Source: TPA_inf: Saccharomyces (lineage: Eukaryota). From it: DNA of 64,000 nucleotides. The stretch's first letter is position 1, and each line of letters begins with the position of its first letter. The position numbers and the translations under genes are program-made. The notes beneath the pieces were generated by a model that saw only the letters and a program-made list of their open reading frames with translations, searched no databases and was not told where the DNA came from. Location: assembly GCA_000146045.2 (NCBI GenBank), contig BK006948.2, positions 160,001-224,000 on the forward strand. Reading direction: 5' to 3'. Positions 11,070-21,681 of this stretch are shown piece by piece.

Positions 11070-14000
11070 ATGTCCCAGCCCACTAAGAATAAGAAGAAAG
11101 AACACGGGACCGATTCCAAGTCATCCCGCATGACTCGGACGTTGGTTAATCATATTCTTTTTGAAAGAATTCTCCCGATCCTTCCGGTGGAGTCTAATCT
11201 AAGTACCTATTCGGAAGTGGAAGAGTATTCCTCATTCATTTCATGCAGATCTGTGCTCATTAACGTTACCGTTTCCCGAGATGCAAATGCTATGGTGGAA
11301 GGCACCTTGGAGTTGATAGAATCGCTTCTTCAAGGGCACGAAATCATTTCAGATAAGGGTAGCAGTGACGTTATTGAATCAATACTGATTATACTAAGAT
11401 TGTTAAGTGATGCGCTAGAGTATAATTGGCAAAATCAAGAAAGCCTTCATTACAACGACATTTCGACTCACGTAGAACATGACCAAGAACAGAAGTACAG
11501 ACCAAAGCTTAACAGTATTCTGCCCGACTACTCGTCGACTCATTCCAATGGCAACAAACACTTTTTCCACCAGAGCAAACCTCAGGCACTGATACCGGAA
11601 CTGGCATCGAAATTGCTTGAGAGTTGCGCGAAGTTGAAGTTCAATACAAGAACTTTGCAAATTTTACAAAATATGATCAGTCATGTTCATGGAAACATTC
11701 TAACGACTTTGAGTTCCTCGATTCTTCCCCGCCACAAATCCTATCTGACAAGGCACAACCATCCTTCTCATTGTAAAATGATTGACTCTACTCTAGGCCA
11801 TATTCTCCGATTTGTAGCGGCTTCCAATCCGTCCGAGTATTTTGAATTTATCAGAAAGAGTGTGCAAGTGCCCGTAACACAGACACACACGCATTCACAC
11901 TCCCATTCACACTCTTTGCCATCTTCCGTTTATAACAGCATAGTGCCCCACTTTGATCTTTTCAGCTTCATCTATTTAAGCAAGCATAATTTTAAGAAAT
12001 ACTTGGAACTCATCAAAAACTTATCGGTGACGTTAAGGAAAACGATTTATCATTGCCTACTTTTGCATTACAGCGCCAAAGCAATAATGTTTTGGATAAT
12101 GGCTAGGCCTGCGGAATATTATGAACTCTTCAACTTATTAAAAGATAATAACAATGAACACTCGAAATCCTTAAACACGTTAAACCATACACTTTTCGAG
12201 GAGATCCATTCGACTTTTAATGTGAATAGCATGATAACCACCAATCAAAATGCTCATCAAGGCTCATCTTCCCCTTCGTCCTCCTCGCCATCGTCACCAC
12301 CTAGCTCATCATCATCGGATAACAACAATCAAAACATAATAGCAAAATCCTTAAGTCGTCAGCTTTCTCACCACCAGTCATACATTCAACAGCAGTCTGA
12401 AAGAAAACTACATTCTTCATGGACTACAAACTCTCAATCCTCTACTTCACTGTCATCTTCAACGTCTAATTCAACAACAACTGATTTCTCTACTCACACT
12501 CAACCAGGAGAATATGACCCTTCCTTACCAGATACTCCCACGATGTCTAACATCACTATTAGTGCATCTTCATTATTATCTCAAACTCCAACTCCAACAA
12601 CACAATTGCAACAGCGGTTGAACTCAGCAGCTGCAGCCGCCGCCGCAGCTGCTTCACCATCGAATTCCACCCCAACTGGATACACAGCAGAGCAACAAAG
12701 TCGCGCTTCATACGATGCACACAAAACTGGCCATACTGGTAAGGATTATGACGAACATTTTTTGTCTGTCACTCGTTTGGATAATGTTTTGGAGTTATAC
12801 ACGCACTTTGATGATACTGAGGTACTACCACACACATCCGTACTGAAGTTTTTAACTACTTTGACAATGTTCGATATTGACCTTTTTAATGAATTAAACG
12901 CTACATCATTCAAATATATTCCTGATTGTACTATGCATCGTCCAAAAGAAAGAACAAGTTCTTTCAATAATACTGCACACGAGACAGGTTCCGAAAAGAC
13001 TTCGGGTATAAAACATATTACACAAGGCTTAAAGAAATTAACTTCTTTACCTTCCTCAACCAAAAAAACTGTAAAATTTGTGAAGATGTTGCTAAGAAAT
13101 TTAAATGGGAATCAAGCTGTATCAGATGTTGCCCTCTTAGATACAATGAGGGCCTTACTATCATTCTTTACAATGACTTCTGCGGTCTTTCTCGTGGATA
13201 GAAACTTACCCTCAGTACTTTTTGCCAAGAGACTCATCCCCATAATGGGGACAAATTTAAGCGTCGGTCAAGACTGGAATTCAAAAATAAATAACAGTTT
13301 GATGGTTTGTTTGAAAAAAAACTCCACCACGTTTGTTCAATTACAATTAATATTCTTCTCTTCAGCTATTCAATTCGATCATGAATTATTACTGGCACGT
13401 CTGAGCATCGATACAATGGCCAACAATTTAAACATGCAGAAGCTATGCCTTTATACTGAAGGATTCAGGATATTCTTCGACATACCAAGTAAGAAGGAAT
13501 TGCGGAAGGCAATTGCGGTTAAAATTTCTAAATTTTTCAAAACATTATTCTCCATTATAGCAGATATTCTTTTACAAGAATTTCCGTATTTTGATGAGCA
13601 AATCACCGACATAGTTGCTTCCATTCTTGACGGTACAATTATCAATGAGTATGGTACGAAGAAACATTTCAAGGGGAGCTCACCCTCTTTATGTTCGACA
13701 ACCCGGTCAAGATCAGGATCTACATCTCAAAGTTCAATGACACCAGTTTCTCCGCTGGGACTGGATACTGATATATGTCCAATGAACACCCTGTCTTTAG
13801 TTGGTTCAAGTACTTCAAGAAATTCTGACAACGTTAATTCATTAAACAGTTCACCAAAGAACTTGTCTTCTGATCCATACTTGTCACATCTTGTGGCCCC
13901 AAGAGCGCGTCATGCTTTAGGTGGGCCATCTAGTATTATAAGGAATAAAATACCGACTACATTGACTTCACCTCCAGGAACGGAAAAATCTTCACCAGTA

Positions 14001-17000
14001 CAACGTCCGCAAACGGAAAGCATCAGTGCCACACCAATGGCCATAACAAATTCTACTCCATTATCGTCGGCAGCATTCGGAATTCGATCGCCTTTGCAGA
14101 AAATAAGAACGAGGCGTTATTCCGATGAAAGTTTAGGAAAATTCATGAAATCAACAAATAATTACATTCAAGAACATTTGATACCAAAAGATTTGAATGA
14201 AGCAACTCTTCAAGATGCTAGAAGAATAATGATTAATATTTTCAGTATTTTTAAGAGACCGAATAGTTACTTCATCATTCCTCACAATATAAACTCGAAT
14301 TTACAATGGGTTTCGCAGGATTTTAGAAATATTATGAAACCGATTTTCGTCGCCATCGTAAGTCCGGATGTAGATTTACAGAATACTGCTCAATCATTCA
14401 TGGATACCTTATTATCGAATGTTATTACTTATGGTGAATCAGATGAGAATATCAGTATTGAAGGGTATCATCTTCTTTGCAGTTACACTGTAACATTATT
14501 TGCAATGGGCCTTTTCGATTTGAAAATTAATAATGAAAAGCGTCAAATTCTCTTGGATATAACTGTCAAGTTTATGAAGGTTAGATCACATTTAGCAGGG
14601 ATCGCGGAGGCCTCACACCACATGGAATACATAAGTGATTCTGAAAAACTCACCTTTCCGCTGATTATGGGGACTGTTGGTAGGGCCCTATTTGTTTCAT
14701 TATACTCTAGTCAACAAAAAATTGAAAAGACTTTAAAGATTGCTTACACAGAGTATCTTTCTGCAATCAATTTTCATGAGAGGAATATTGATGATGCTGA
14801 TAAAACTTGGGTTCATAATATTGAGTTTGTAGAAGCGATGTGTCATGACAACTACACAACTTCTGGTTCAATTGCTTTCCAAAGGAGGACAAGAAATAAT
14901 ATTTTACGATTTGCTACTATTCCTAACGCTATCTTACTTGATTCTATGAGGATGATCTATAAGAAGTGGCATACTTACACACACAGTAAAAGTTTAGAAA
15001 AACAAGAACGGAACGACTTCAGAAATTTCGCGGGTATTTTAGCCTCTTTGTCGGGTATCCTATTCATCAATAAAAAGATATTGCAAGAAATGTATCCATA
15101 CCTACTCGACACCGTTTCAGAATTGAAAAAAAATATAGACTCTTTTATCTCAAAACAATGCCAATGGTTAAACTATCCGGATTTATTAACGAGAGAAAAT
15201 TCAAGAGATATTCTAAGTGTAGAACTGCATCCTTTGTCTTTTAACTTACTTTTTAATAATTTGAGGCTCAAGTTAAAAGAACTTGCTTGTTCAGACTTAT
15301 CAATACCAGAAAATGAAAGTTCCTATGTTTTATTAGAACAAATAATCAAAATGCTGCGGACAATCCTAGGTCGTGATGATGACAATTATGTAATGATGCT
15401 TTTTTCCACAGAGATTGTAGATCTTATTGATTTATTGACAGATGAAATAAAAAAAATACCAGCCTATTGTCCAAAATATCTCAAGGCAATTATTCAAATG
15501 ACCAAAATGTTCAGTGCCTTGCAGCACTCAGAGGTTAATTTAGGTGTCAAAAATCATTTTCACGTTAAAAATAAATGGTTGAGGCAAATCACTGATTGGT
15601 TTCAAGTGAGTATTGCGAGAGAGTACGATTTCGAAAACTTGTCAAAACCTCTAAAAGAAATGGATTTGGTAAAAAGAGACATGGATATTCTATACATAGA
15701 TACGGCAATCGAAGCTTCAACCGCTATTGCGTACCTCACGAGACATACTTTCTTAGAGATTCCACCTGCCGCGTCAGATCCCGAACTATCTCGATCTAGG
15801 TCTGTGATATTTGGGTTTTATTTCAACATCTTAATGAAAGGCCTTGAAAAAAGTAGTGATCGTGACAATTACCCAGTATTCTTGAGGCACAAAATGAGTG
15901 TCCTCAACGACAATGTAATACTTTCATTAACAAATCTTTCAAACACCAATGTTGATGCGAGTTTGCAGTTCACCTTACCGATGGGCTATTCCGGAAATCG
16001 AAACATTAGGAATGCATTTTTGGAGGTCTTCATTAATATCGTTACGAACTATCGGACATACACGGCTAAAACTGACCTTGGAAAATTAGAGGCAGCAGAC
16101 AAATTTTTGCGATATACGATTGAACATCCCCAGCTATCGTCCTTTGGAGCAGCGGTTTGTCCCGCTAGCGATATTGATGCTTATGCTGCTGGCTTAATAA
16201 ATGCATTTGAAACGAGGAATGCCACCCACATTGTAGTGGCACAGTTGATTAAAAATGAAATTGAAAAATCTTCCAGACCTACGGATATCCTTAGAAGAAA
16301 TAGCTGTGCTACGAGATCATTATCTATGCTAGCCAGGTCCAAGGGTAACGAATATTTGATTCGCACTTTGCAACCATTACTAAAAAAAATTATCCAGAAC
16401 AGAGATTTTTTTGAAATTGAGAAACTAAAACCGGAAGATTCAGATGCTGAACGTCAAATAGAGCTCTTCGTTAAATACATGAATGAATTATTGGAATCCA
16501 TATCCAACTCCGTATCTTATTTTCCCCCTCCTTTATTTTATATTTGCCAAAACATTTATAAAGTTGCGTGTGAAAAATTTCCGGATCACGCAATTATCGC
16601 CGCTGGGTCTTTCGTGTTTTTACGGTTTTTTTGTCCTGCTTTAGTCAGCCCTGATTCTGAAAATATCATAGATATTTCTCACTTGAGCGAAAAGCGTACC
16701 TTCATCAGCTTGGCTAAAGTTATCCAAAATATTGCCAATGGCTCAGAAAATTTCTCCAGATGGCCAGCTTTGTGTTCCCAAAAGGATTTTCTTAAGGAAT
16801 GTAGCGATAGAATTTTCAGATTCCTAGCTGAACTTTGTAGAACAGATCGCACGATAGACATCCAAGTGAGAACAGACCCAACGCCAATTGCATTTGACTA
16901 TCAATTCCTTCATTCCTTTGTTTACCTTTACGGTCTTGAGGTGAGAAGGAATGTGCTAAATGAAGCAAAACATGATGATGGTGACATTGATGGTGACGAT

Positions 17001-20000
17001 TTCTATAAGACCACATTTTTACTTATTGATGATGTTCTTGGCCAATTAGGCCAACCTAAAATGGAATTTTCCAATGAAATACCAATATACATAAGAGAAC
17101 ATATGGACGACTATCCGGAACTGTATGAGTTCATGAATAGGCACGCGTTCAGAAACATTGAGACTTCAACAGCGTACAGCCCAAGCGTTCACGAGTCCAC
17201 CTCAAGTGAAGGCATTCCAATTATTACGTTAACAATGTCAAATTTCTCAGACAGACATGTGGACATTGATACAGTTGCTTACAAGTTCTTGCAAATTTAT
17301 GCTCGAATCTGGACCACCAAACACTGTTTAATAATCGACTGTACAGAATTTGACGAGGGAGGGCTTGATATGAGGAAATTTATTTCTTTGGTTATGGGAC
17401 TATTACCAGAAGTTGCACCCAAAAATTGTATAGGCTGTTACTACTTTAACGTAAACGAGACATTTATGGATAATTATGGAAAATGTTTGGACAAAGACAA
17501 CGTATATGTTTCCTCGAAAATTCCTCATTATTTCATTAATAGTAACTCTGATGAAGGACTTATGAAATCTGTGGGTATAACTGGACAAGGGTTGAAGGTT
17601 CTGCAAGATATTCGTGTCTCTCTGCATGATATCACGCTTTATGACGAAAAAAGAAATAGATTTACGCCGGTATCGTTGAAAATAGGCGATATTTACTTTC
17701 AAGTCTTGCATGAAACTCCTAGGCAATATAAAATAAGGGACATGGGTACTTTATTCGACGTAAAATTCAATGATGTCTACGAAATTAGCCGAATATTTGA
17801 AGTACATGTTTCGTCAATAACTGGAGTGGCAGCTGAATTTACAGTAACTTTTCAGGACGAGAGAAGGTTGATTTTTAGTAGTCCGAAATACCTTGAAATT
17901 GTGAAGATGTTCTATTACGCACAGATCCGGTTAGAAAGTGAATATGAAATGGATAATAATTCGAGTACCTCCTCCCCAAATTCAAACAACAAGGACAAAC
18001 AGCAGAAAGAGAGAACAAAACTATTGTGCCACCTACTGTTAGTATCTCTTATTGGTCTGTTTGATGAGAGTAAAAAAATGAAAAACAGTTCGTATAACCT
18101 AATAGCTGCCACTGAGGCGTCATTTGGTTTGAACTTTGGCTCCCATTTTCATCGCTCTCCCGAGGTGTACGTCCCCGAAGATACTACAACATTTTTAGGT
18201 GTTATTGGAAAGTCTCTTGCAGAGTCTAATCCAGAACTCACAGCCTATATGTTTATCTATGTTTTGGAGGCATTGAAGAACAACGTAATTCCTCACGTTT
18301 ACATCCCTCATACCATTTGCGGTTTGTCTTATTGGATCCCTAATTTATACCAACATGTGTATTTGGCTGATGATGAAGAAGGCCCCGAAAACATATCTCA
18401 CATTTTCCGAATTCTTATCAGGCTCTCTGTGAGAGAGACTGACTTTAAAGCCGTATACATGCAATATGTTTGGTTGCTACTTTTAGATGATGGCCGCTTA
18501 ACTGACATTATCGTTGATGAAGTTATTAATCATGCGTTAGAAAGAGACTCCGAAAACCGCGATTGGAAGAAAACAATATCGTTACTGACTGTCCTACCCA
18601 CTACTGAGGTTGCTAATAATATTATTCAAAAAATATTGGCAAAAATTAGATCATTTTTACCGTCATTGAAGTTAGAAGCTATGACCCAAAGTTGGTCTGA
18701 ACTAACAATATTAGTTAAGATAAGCATCCACGTTTTTTTTGAAACTTCTTTGCTGGTACAGATGTACTTACCAGAGATCCTGTTTATCGTATCCTTATTA
18801 ATTGATGTTGGTCCAAGGGAACTCAGATCATCACTACACCAGCTATTAATGAATGTATGCCATTCCTTGGCTATTAACTCAGCTTTACCACAAGATCATA
18901 GAAATAATCTAGATGAAATAAGTGATATATTTGCACATCAAAAGGTGAAGTTTATGTTTGGGTTCAGCGAGGACAAAGGACGAATTTTACAGATTTTTAG
19001 CGCTTCTTCTTTTGCAAGCAAGTTTAATATTCTGGATTTCTTCATCAATAATATATTATTGCTGATGGAATATTCTTCAACGTACGAAGCAAACGTGTGG
19101 AAGACAAGATACAAGAAATATGTCTTGGAATCTGTGTTTACAAGTAATTCTTTTCTTTCGGCACGTTCAATCATGATTGTTGGTATAATGGGTAAATCTT
19201 ACATAACTGAAGGGTTATGCAAGGCTATGTTAATTGAAACCATGAAAGTTATCGCCGAACCAAAGATTACTGACGAGCATCTTTTCTTAGCCATATCTCA
19301 TATTTTTACTTATTCCAAAATTGTTGAAGGTTTGGATCCCAACCTTGACTTAATGAAGCACTTATTTTGGTTTTCAACACTCTTCCTTGAATCACGTCAC
19401 CCGATAATTTTTGAGGGTGCCCTTCTCTTTGTGTCAAACTGTATAAGGCGCCTATACATGGCCCAGTTTGAAAATGAAAGCGAAACATCATTGATAAGTA
19501 CTTTACTTAAGGGGAGAAAGTTTGCTCATACCTTTTTAAGCAAGATAGAGAATCTTAGTGGTATTGTTTGGAATGAAGATAATTTTACACACATTCTGAT
19601 TTTCATCATTAATAAAGGACTATCCAATCCTTTCATTAAGAGTACGGCTTTTGATTTCTTGAAGATGATGTTTAGAAACTCCTACTTTGAGCATCAAATC
19701 AATCAGAAATCTGATCATTATTTGTGCTATATGTTCCTATTGTATTTTGTTTTAAACTGCAATCAATTTGAGGAACTTTTAGGTGACGTTGATTTTGAAG
19801 GAGAAATGGTTAACATTGAAAACAAGAACACCATTCCTAAAATTTTGTTAGAGTGGTTGAGTTCGGATAACGAAAATGCAAACATTACCCTCTATCAAGG
19901 TGCGATACTGTTCAAATGTTCAGTTACGGATGAACCAAGTAGATTTAGGTTTGCGTTGATTATTAGGCATCTATTGACAAAGAAACCCATTTGTGCATTG

Positions 20001-20309
20001 CGTTTTTACAGTGTTATTCGTAACGAAATAAGAAAAATATCAGCATTTGAGCAAAATTCGGATTGTGTTCCACTTGCTTTCGATATTTTAAACTTATTAG
20101 TGACGCATTCAGAGTCTAATTCGTTAGAAAAACTTCACGAAGAATCCATTGAACGTCTAACCAAAAGAGGTTTATCGATTGTGACTTCTTCTGGTATATT
20201 TGCGAAGAACTCCGACATGATGATACCTTTAGATGTAAAACCTGAAGATATCTATGAACGTAAGAGAATAATGACAATGATTTTATCAAGGATGTCATGT
20301 TCTGCTTAG
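11070..20309 (+). CDS. IRA2: IRA2, Ras GTPase-activating protein (neurofibromin homolog), 3079 aa
   Basis: Single 9240 nt ORF. It contains the RasGAP signature with the arginine finger (GSFVFLRFFCPALVSP). The N-terminal third has low-complexity Ser, His and Ala tracts. Confidence 0.95.
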   Translation: MSQPTKNKKKEHGTDSKSSRMTRTLVNHILFERILPILPVESNLSTYSEVEEYSSFISCRSVLINVTVSRDANAMVEGTLELIESLLQGHEIISDKGSSDVIESILIILRLLSDALEYNWQNQESLHYNDISTHVEHDQEQKYRPKLNSILPDYSSTHSNGNKHFFHQSKPQALIPELASKLLESCAKLKFNTRTLQILQNMISHVHGNILTTLSSSILPRHKSYLTRHNHPSHCKMIDSTLGHILRFVAASNPSEYFEFIRKSVQVPVTQTHTHSHSHSHSLPSSVYNSIVPHFDLFSFIYLSKHNFKKYLELIKNLSVTLRKTIYHCLLLHYSAKAIMFWIMARPAEYYELFNLLKDNNNEHSKSLNTLNHTLFEEIHSTFNVNSMITTNQNAHQGSSSPSSSSPSSPPSSSSSDNNNQNIIAKSLSRQLSHHQSYIQQQSERKLHSSWTTNSQSSTSLSSSTSNSTTTDFSTHTQPGEYDPSLPDTPTMSNITISASSLLSQTPTPTTQLQQRLNSAAAAAAAAASPSNSTPTGYTAEQQSRASYDAHKTGHTGKDYDEHFLSVTRLDNVLELYTHFDDTEVLPHTSVLKFLTTLTMFDIDLFNELNATSFKYIPDCTMHRPKERTSSFNNTAHETGSEKTSGIKHITQGLKKLTSLPSSTKKTVKFVKMLLRNLNGNQAVSDVALLDTMRALLSFFTMTSAVFLVDRNLPSVLFAKRLIPIMGTNLSVGQDWNSKINNSLMVCLKKNSTTFVQLQLIFFSSAIQFDHELLLARLSIDTMANNLNMQKLCLYTEGFRIFFDIPSKKELRKAIAVKISKFFKTLFSIIADILLQEFPYFDEQITDIVASILDGTIINEYGTKKHFKGSSPSLCSTTRSRSGSTSQSSMTPVSPLGLDTDICPMNTLSLVGSSTSRNSDNVNSLNSSPKNLSSDPYLSHLVAPRARHALGGPSSIIRNKIPTTLTSPPGTEKSSPVQRPQTESISATPMAITNSTPLSSAAFGIRSPLQKIRTRRYSDESLGKFMKSTNNYIQEHLIPKDLNEATLQDARRIMINIFSIFKRPNSYFIIPHNINSNLQWVSQDFRNIMKPIFVAIVSPDVDLQNTAQSFMDTLLSNVITYGESDENISIEGYHLLCSYTVTLFAMGLFDLKINNEKRQILLDITVKFMKVRSHLAGIAEASHHMEYISDSEKLTFPLIMGTVGRALFVSLYSSQQKIEKTLKIAYTEYLSAINFHERNIDDADKTWVHNIEFVEAMCHDNYTTSGSIAFQRRTRNNILRFATIPNAILLDSMRMIYKKWHTYTHSKSLEKQERNDFRNFAGILASLSGILFINKKILQEMYPYLLDTVSELKKNIDSFISKQCQWLNYPDLLTRENSRDILSVELHPLSFNLLFNNLRLKLKELACSDLSIPENESSYVLLEQIIKMLRTILGRDDDNYVMMLFSTEIVDLIDLLTDEIKKIPAYCPKYLKAIIQMTKMFSALQHSEVNLGVKNHFHVKNKWLRQITDWFQVSIAREYDFENLSKPLKEMDLVKRDMDILYIDTAIEASTAIAYLTRHTFLEIPPAASDPELSRSRSVIFGFYFNILMKGLEKSSDRDNYPVFLRHKMSVLNDNVILSLTNLSNTNVDASLQFTLPMGYSGNRNIRNAFLEVFINIVTNYRTYTAKTDLGKLEAADKFLRYTIEHPQLSSFGAAVCPASDIDAYAAGLINAFETRNATHIVVAQLIKNEIEKSSRPTDILRRNSCATRSLSMLARSKGNEYLIRTLQPLLKKIIQNRDFFEIEKLKPEDSDAERQIELFVKYMNELLESISNSVSYFPPPLFYICQNIYKVACEKFPDHAIIAAGSFVFLRFFCPALVSPDSENIIDISHLSEKRTFISLAKVIQNIANGSENFSRWPALCSQKDFLKECSDRIFRFLAELCRTDRTIDIQVRTDPTPIAFDYQFLHSFVYLYGLEVRRNVLNEAKHDDGDIDGDDFYKTTFLLIDDVLGQLGQPKMEFSNEIPIYIREHMDDYPELYEFMNRHAFRNIETSTAYSPSVHESTSSEGIPIITLTMSNFSDRHVDIDTVAYKFLQIYARIWTTKHCLIIDCTEFDEGGLDMRKFISLVMGLLPEVAPKNCIGCYYFNVNETFMDNYGKCLDKDNVYVSSKIPHYFINSNSDEGLMKSVGITGQGLKVLQDIRVSLHDITLYDEKRNRFTPVSLKIGDIYFQVLHETPRQYKIRDMGTLFDVKFNDVYEISRIFEVHVSSITGVAAEFTVTFQDERRLIFSSPKYLEIVKMFYYAQIRLESEYEMDNNSSTSSPNSNNKDKQQKERTKLLCHLLLVSLIGLFDESKKMKNSSYNLIAATEASFGLNFGSHFHRSPEVYVPEDTTTFLGVIGKSLAESNPELTAYMFIYVLEALKNNVIPHVYIPHTICGLSYWIPNLYQHVYLADDEEGPENISHIFRILIRLSVRETDFKAVYMQYVWLLLLDDGRLTDIIVDEVINHALERDSENRDWKKTISLLTVLPTTEVANNIIQKILAKIRSFLPSLKLEAMTQSWSELTILVKISIHVFFETSLLVQMYLPEILFIVSLLIDVGPRELRSSLHQLLMNVCHSLAINSALPQDHRNNLDEISDIFAHQKVKFMFGFSEDKGRILQIFSASSFASKFNILDFFINNILLLMEYSSTYEANVWKTRYKKYVLESVFTSNSFLSARSIMIVGIMGKSYITEGLCKAMLIETMKVIAEPKITDEHLFLAISHIFTYSKIVEGLDPNLDLMKHLFWFSTLFLESRHPIIFEGALLFVSNCIRRLYMAQFENESETSLISTLLKGRKFAHTFLSKIENLSGIVWNEDNFTHILIFIINKGLSNPFIKSTAFDFLKMMFRNSYFEHQINQKSDHYLCYMFLLYFVLNCNQFEELLGDVDFEGEMVNIENKNTIPKILLEWLSSDNENANITLYQGAILFKCSVTDEPSRFRFALIIRHLLTKKPICALRFYSVIRNEIRKISAFEQNSDCVPLAFDILNLLVTHSESNSLEKLHEESIERLTKRGLSIVTSSGIFAKNSDMMIPLDVKPEDIYERKRIMTMILSRMSCSA

Positions 20310-20557
20310 AGGTGTTACATAAACTAATGAAAGAAATATCAATATCTATCTGTAAGCATGAATGTACATATCTCATGTTAGGGTTTTCTTATCGCTAATT
20401 TTTCGCAATTTGTTACGTGGGTTGCTTTTATACAGCTACAATTTTTATATATTCTATCGTGTAATGAATGGCTCAGTAAATTCAAGCGCCACATAGACTA
20501 ATGTACATACCAATGCATTTTAATTGTAAGAATAAAAGGGGCCATTCATCTACCGTC

Positions 20558-21427
20558 TTAGTTGAAAGTGTTTCTGTGAATTTTTTCAAATTCCGTTTTT
20601 TCCTTTTTATATAATAGCATGGTGGCACGAGCATCTTCGACTGAAGAATGCTCACCTTCTTGAATGGAAATTTTTAAAACCTCCCTGGTTAATTTCTTTA
20701 AGCTGGGTGTTTTACCCTTAGCATACAACTTCCTGAATGGGAGGTGTCTTGAAGTGTCCCTGAGTAGTGACTTTGGGTGGGATAACATCAATGCTTCGAG
20801 ATCATGCTTTAAAGCGTGCCCTACAAGAATTCTACCTTCCAGAATATCCGCAGTCTTTTTTTGAGCTTCTTTGAATGTAATGGCATTTTTCATATGCTCT
20901 GGTTTAATACCACTAACCCAAGTTCTCCATTCTACAACTTTCTCTCTTGGCTTAACAAATTCATCGAGGACGACATGTCCAAAATAATTTACGATTGATA
21001 TTCTAGCTAACGCAGACTCTTTACCCTCGGGACCAACGCCTACAAATTCACAATCCATGGCGATGTATTTCCCAATTTCTTTACTCTTATTACTATTAAT
21101 ACGAGTATCTTCCGAAATACCCACTTTTACTGGCTCTTTAATAGTAGTACTAGTATTTGCTTTATTTGGGTTGAATTCAAACACTTTTCCCTCGAGCTTG
21201 TCTTTCTCATGCTTACTAATCTCCTTGTTCATGTTATATACCATGTCCATAATTTTACTGCCGTTTTTGCGCTTTCGAGGGGCATATTGGGTTGTACTAC
21301 TGACATTTACTGTTTTGCTAACTTTCTTAACGTTTCTGATTTTCCTATTTGATTGCTTATTCTTTCCATTGGAGGTAGGATTGCTTTCGGAGGCTAATAG
21401 TGCCTGCCAGTTTGAAGAGAGAGCCAT
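20558..21427 (-). CDS. REX4: REX4, DEDDh-family 3'-5' RNA exonuclease involved in pre-rRNA processing, 289 aa
   Basis: 289 aa ORF. Exonuclease motifs are present: [10 protein letters not shown] (DxE motif), [21 protein letters not shown] (H-x4-D). The N-terminus is basic. Confidence 0.9.
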
Positions 21428-21508
21428 TAAAACTGTACGCTATCTACTTTATTAAATCTGTAAACGTCTATGAAGCCTCTAGAACCAGGCTTTAAATGGA
21501 TTGTGGTT

Positions 21509-21541
21509 GCGATGAGGTTAGTTTAACTTTTGAAATTTTTC
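21509..21541 (+). promoter_or_regulatory. PAC motif (GCGATGAG, 21509-21516) plus RRPE-like motif (GAAATTTTTC, 21532-21541) in the REX4/AVO1 divergent promoter
   Basis: Exact PAC octamer followed about 15 bp later by an A/T RRPE-like element. This is the typical pairing upstream of ribosome-biogenesis genes, and REX4 is one. Confidence 0.55.
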
Positions 21542-21681
21542 TTTTTTTTAGCCGACCTTACATATCAGCCCGCGTCAAAAAATATACGGTATAATAATTC
21601 TCAATAGATACAGGCTACTGAACAGGAAAACTAAATAAAACAGTGTTTGTAAAACCCCCACCACACCATAATAAGACGATA

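Noticed and set aside
21057-21455. 132 aa ATG ORF antisense to REX4, corresponding to the dubious ORF YOL079W.
   Set aside because: It overlaps the REX4 coding sequence entirely on the opposite strand. Its product is hydrophobic, low-complexity and Leu/Phe-rich, typical of an antisense artefact.
21643-21681. N-terminal extensions in the ORF track for AVO1 (13 codons), MDM20 (18), PRS5 (18), MAM3 (67), NUF2 (3), ARG1 (4) and CRT10 (5).
   Set aside because: The first codon of each extended ORF is GTG or TTG: gtgtttgta at 21643, ttggcgaag at 26970, ttgagcaaa at 38933, ttgcataaa at 59199. The track was evidently made with a bacterial start-codon table. Eukaryotic nuclear genes initiate at AUG. 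Trimming to the first ATG reproduces the known protein lengths exactly.
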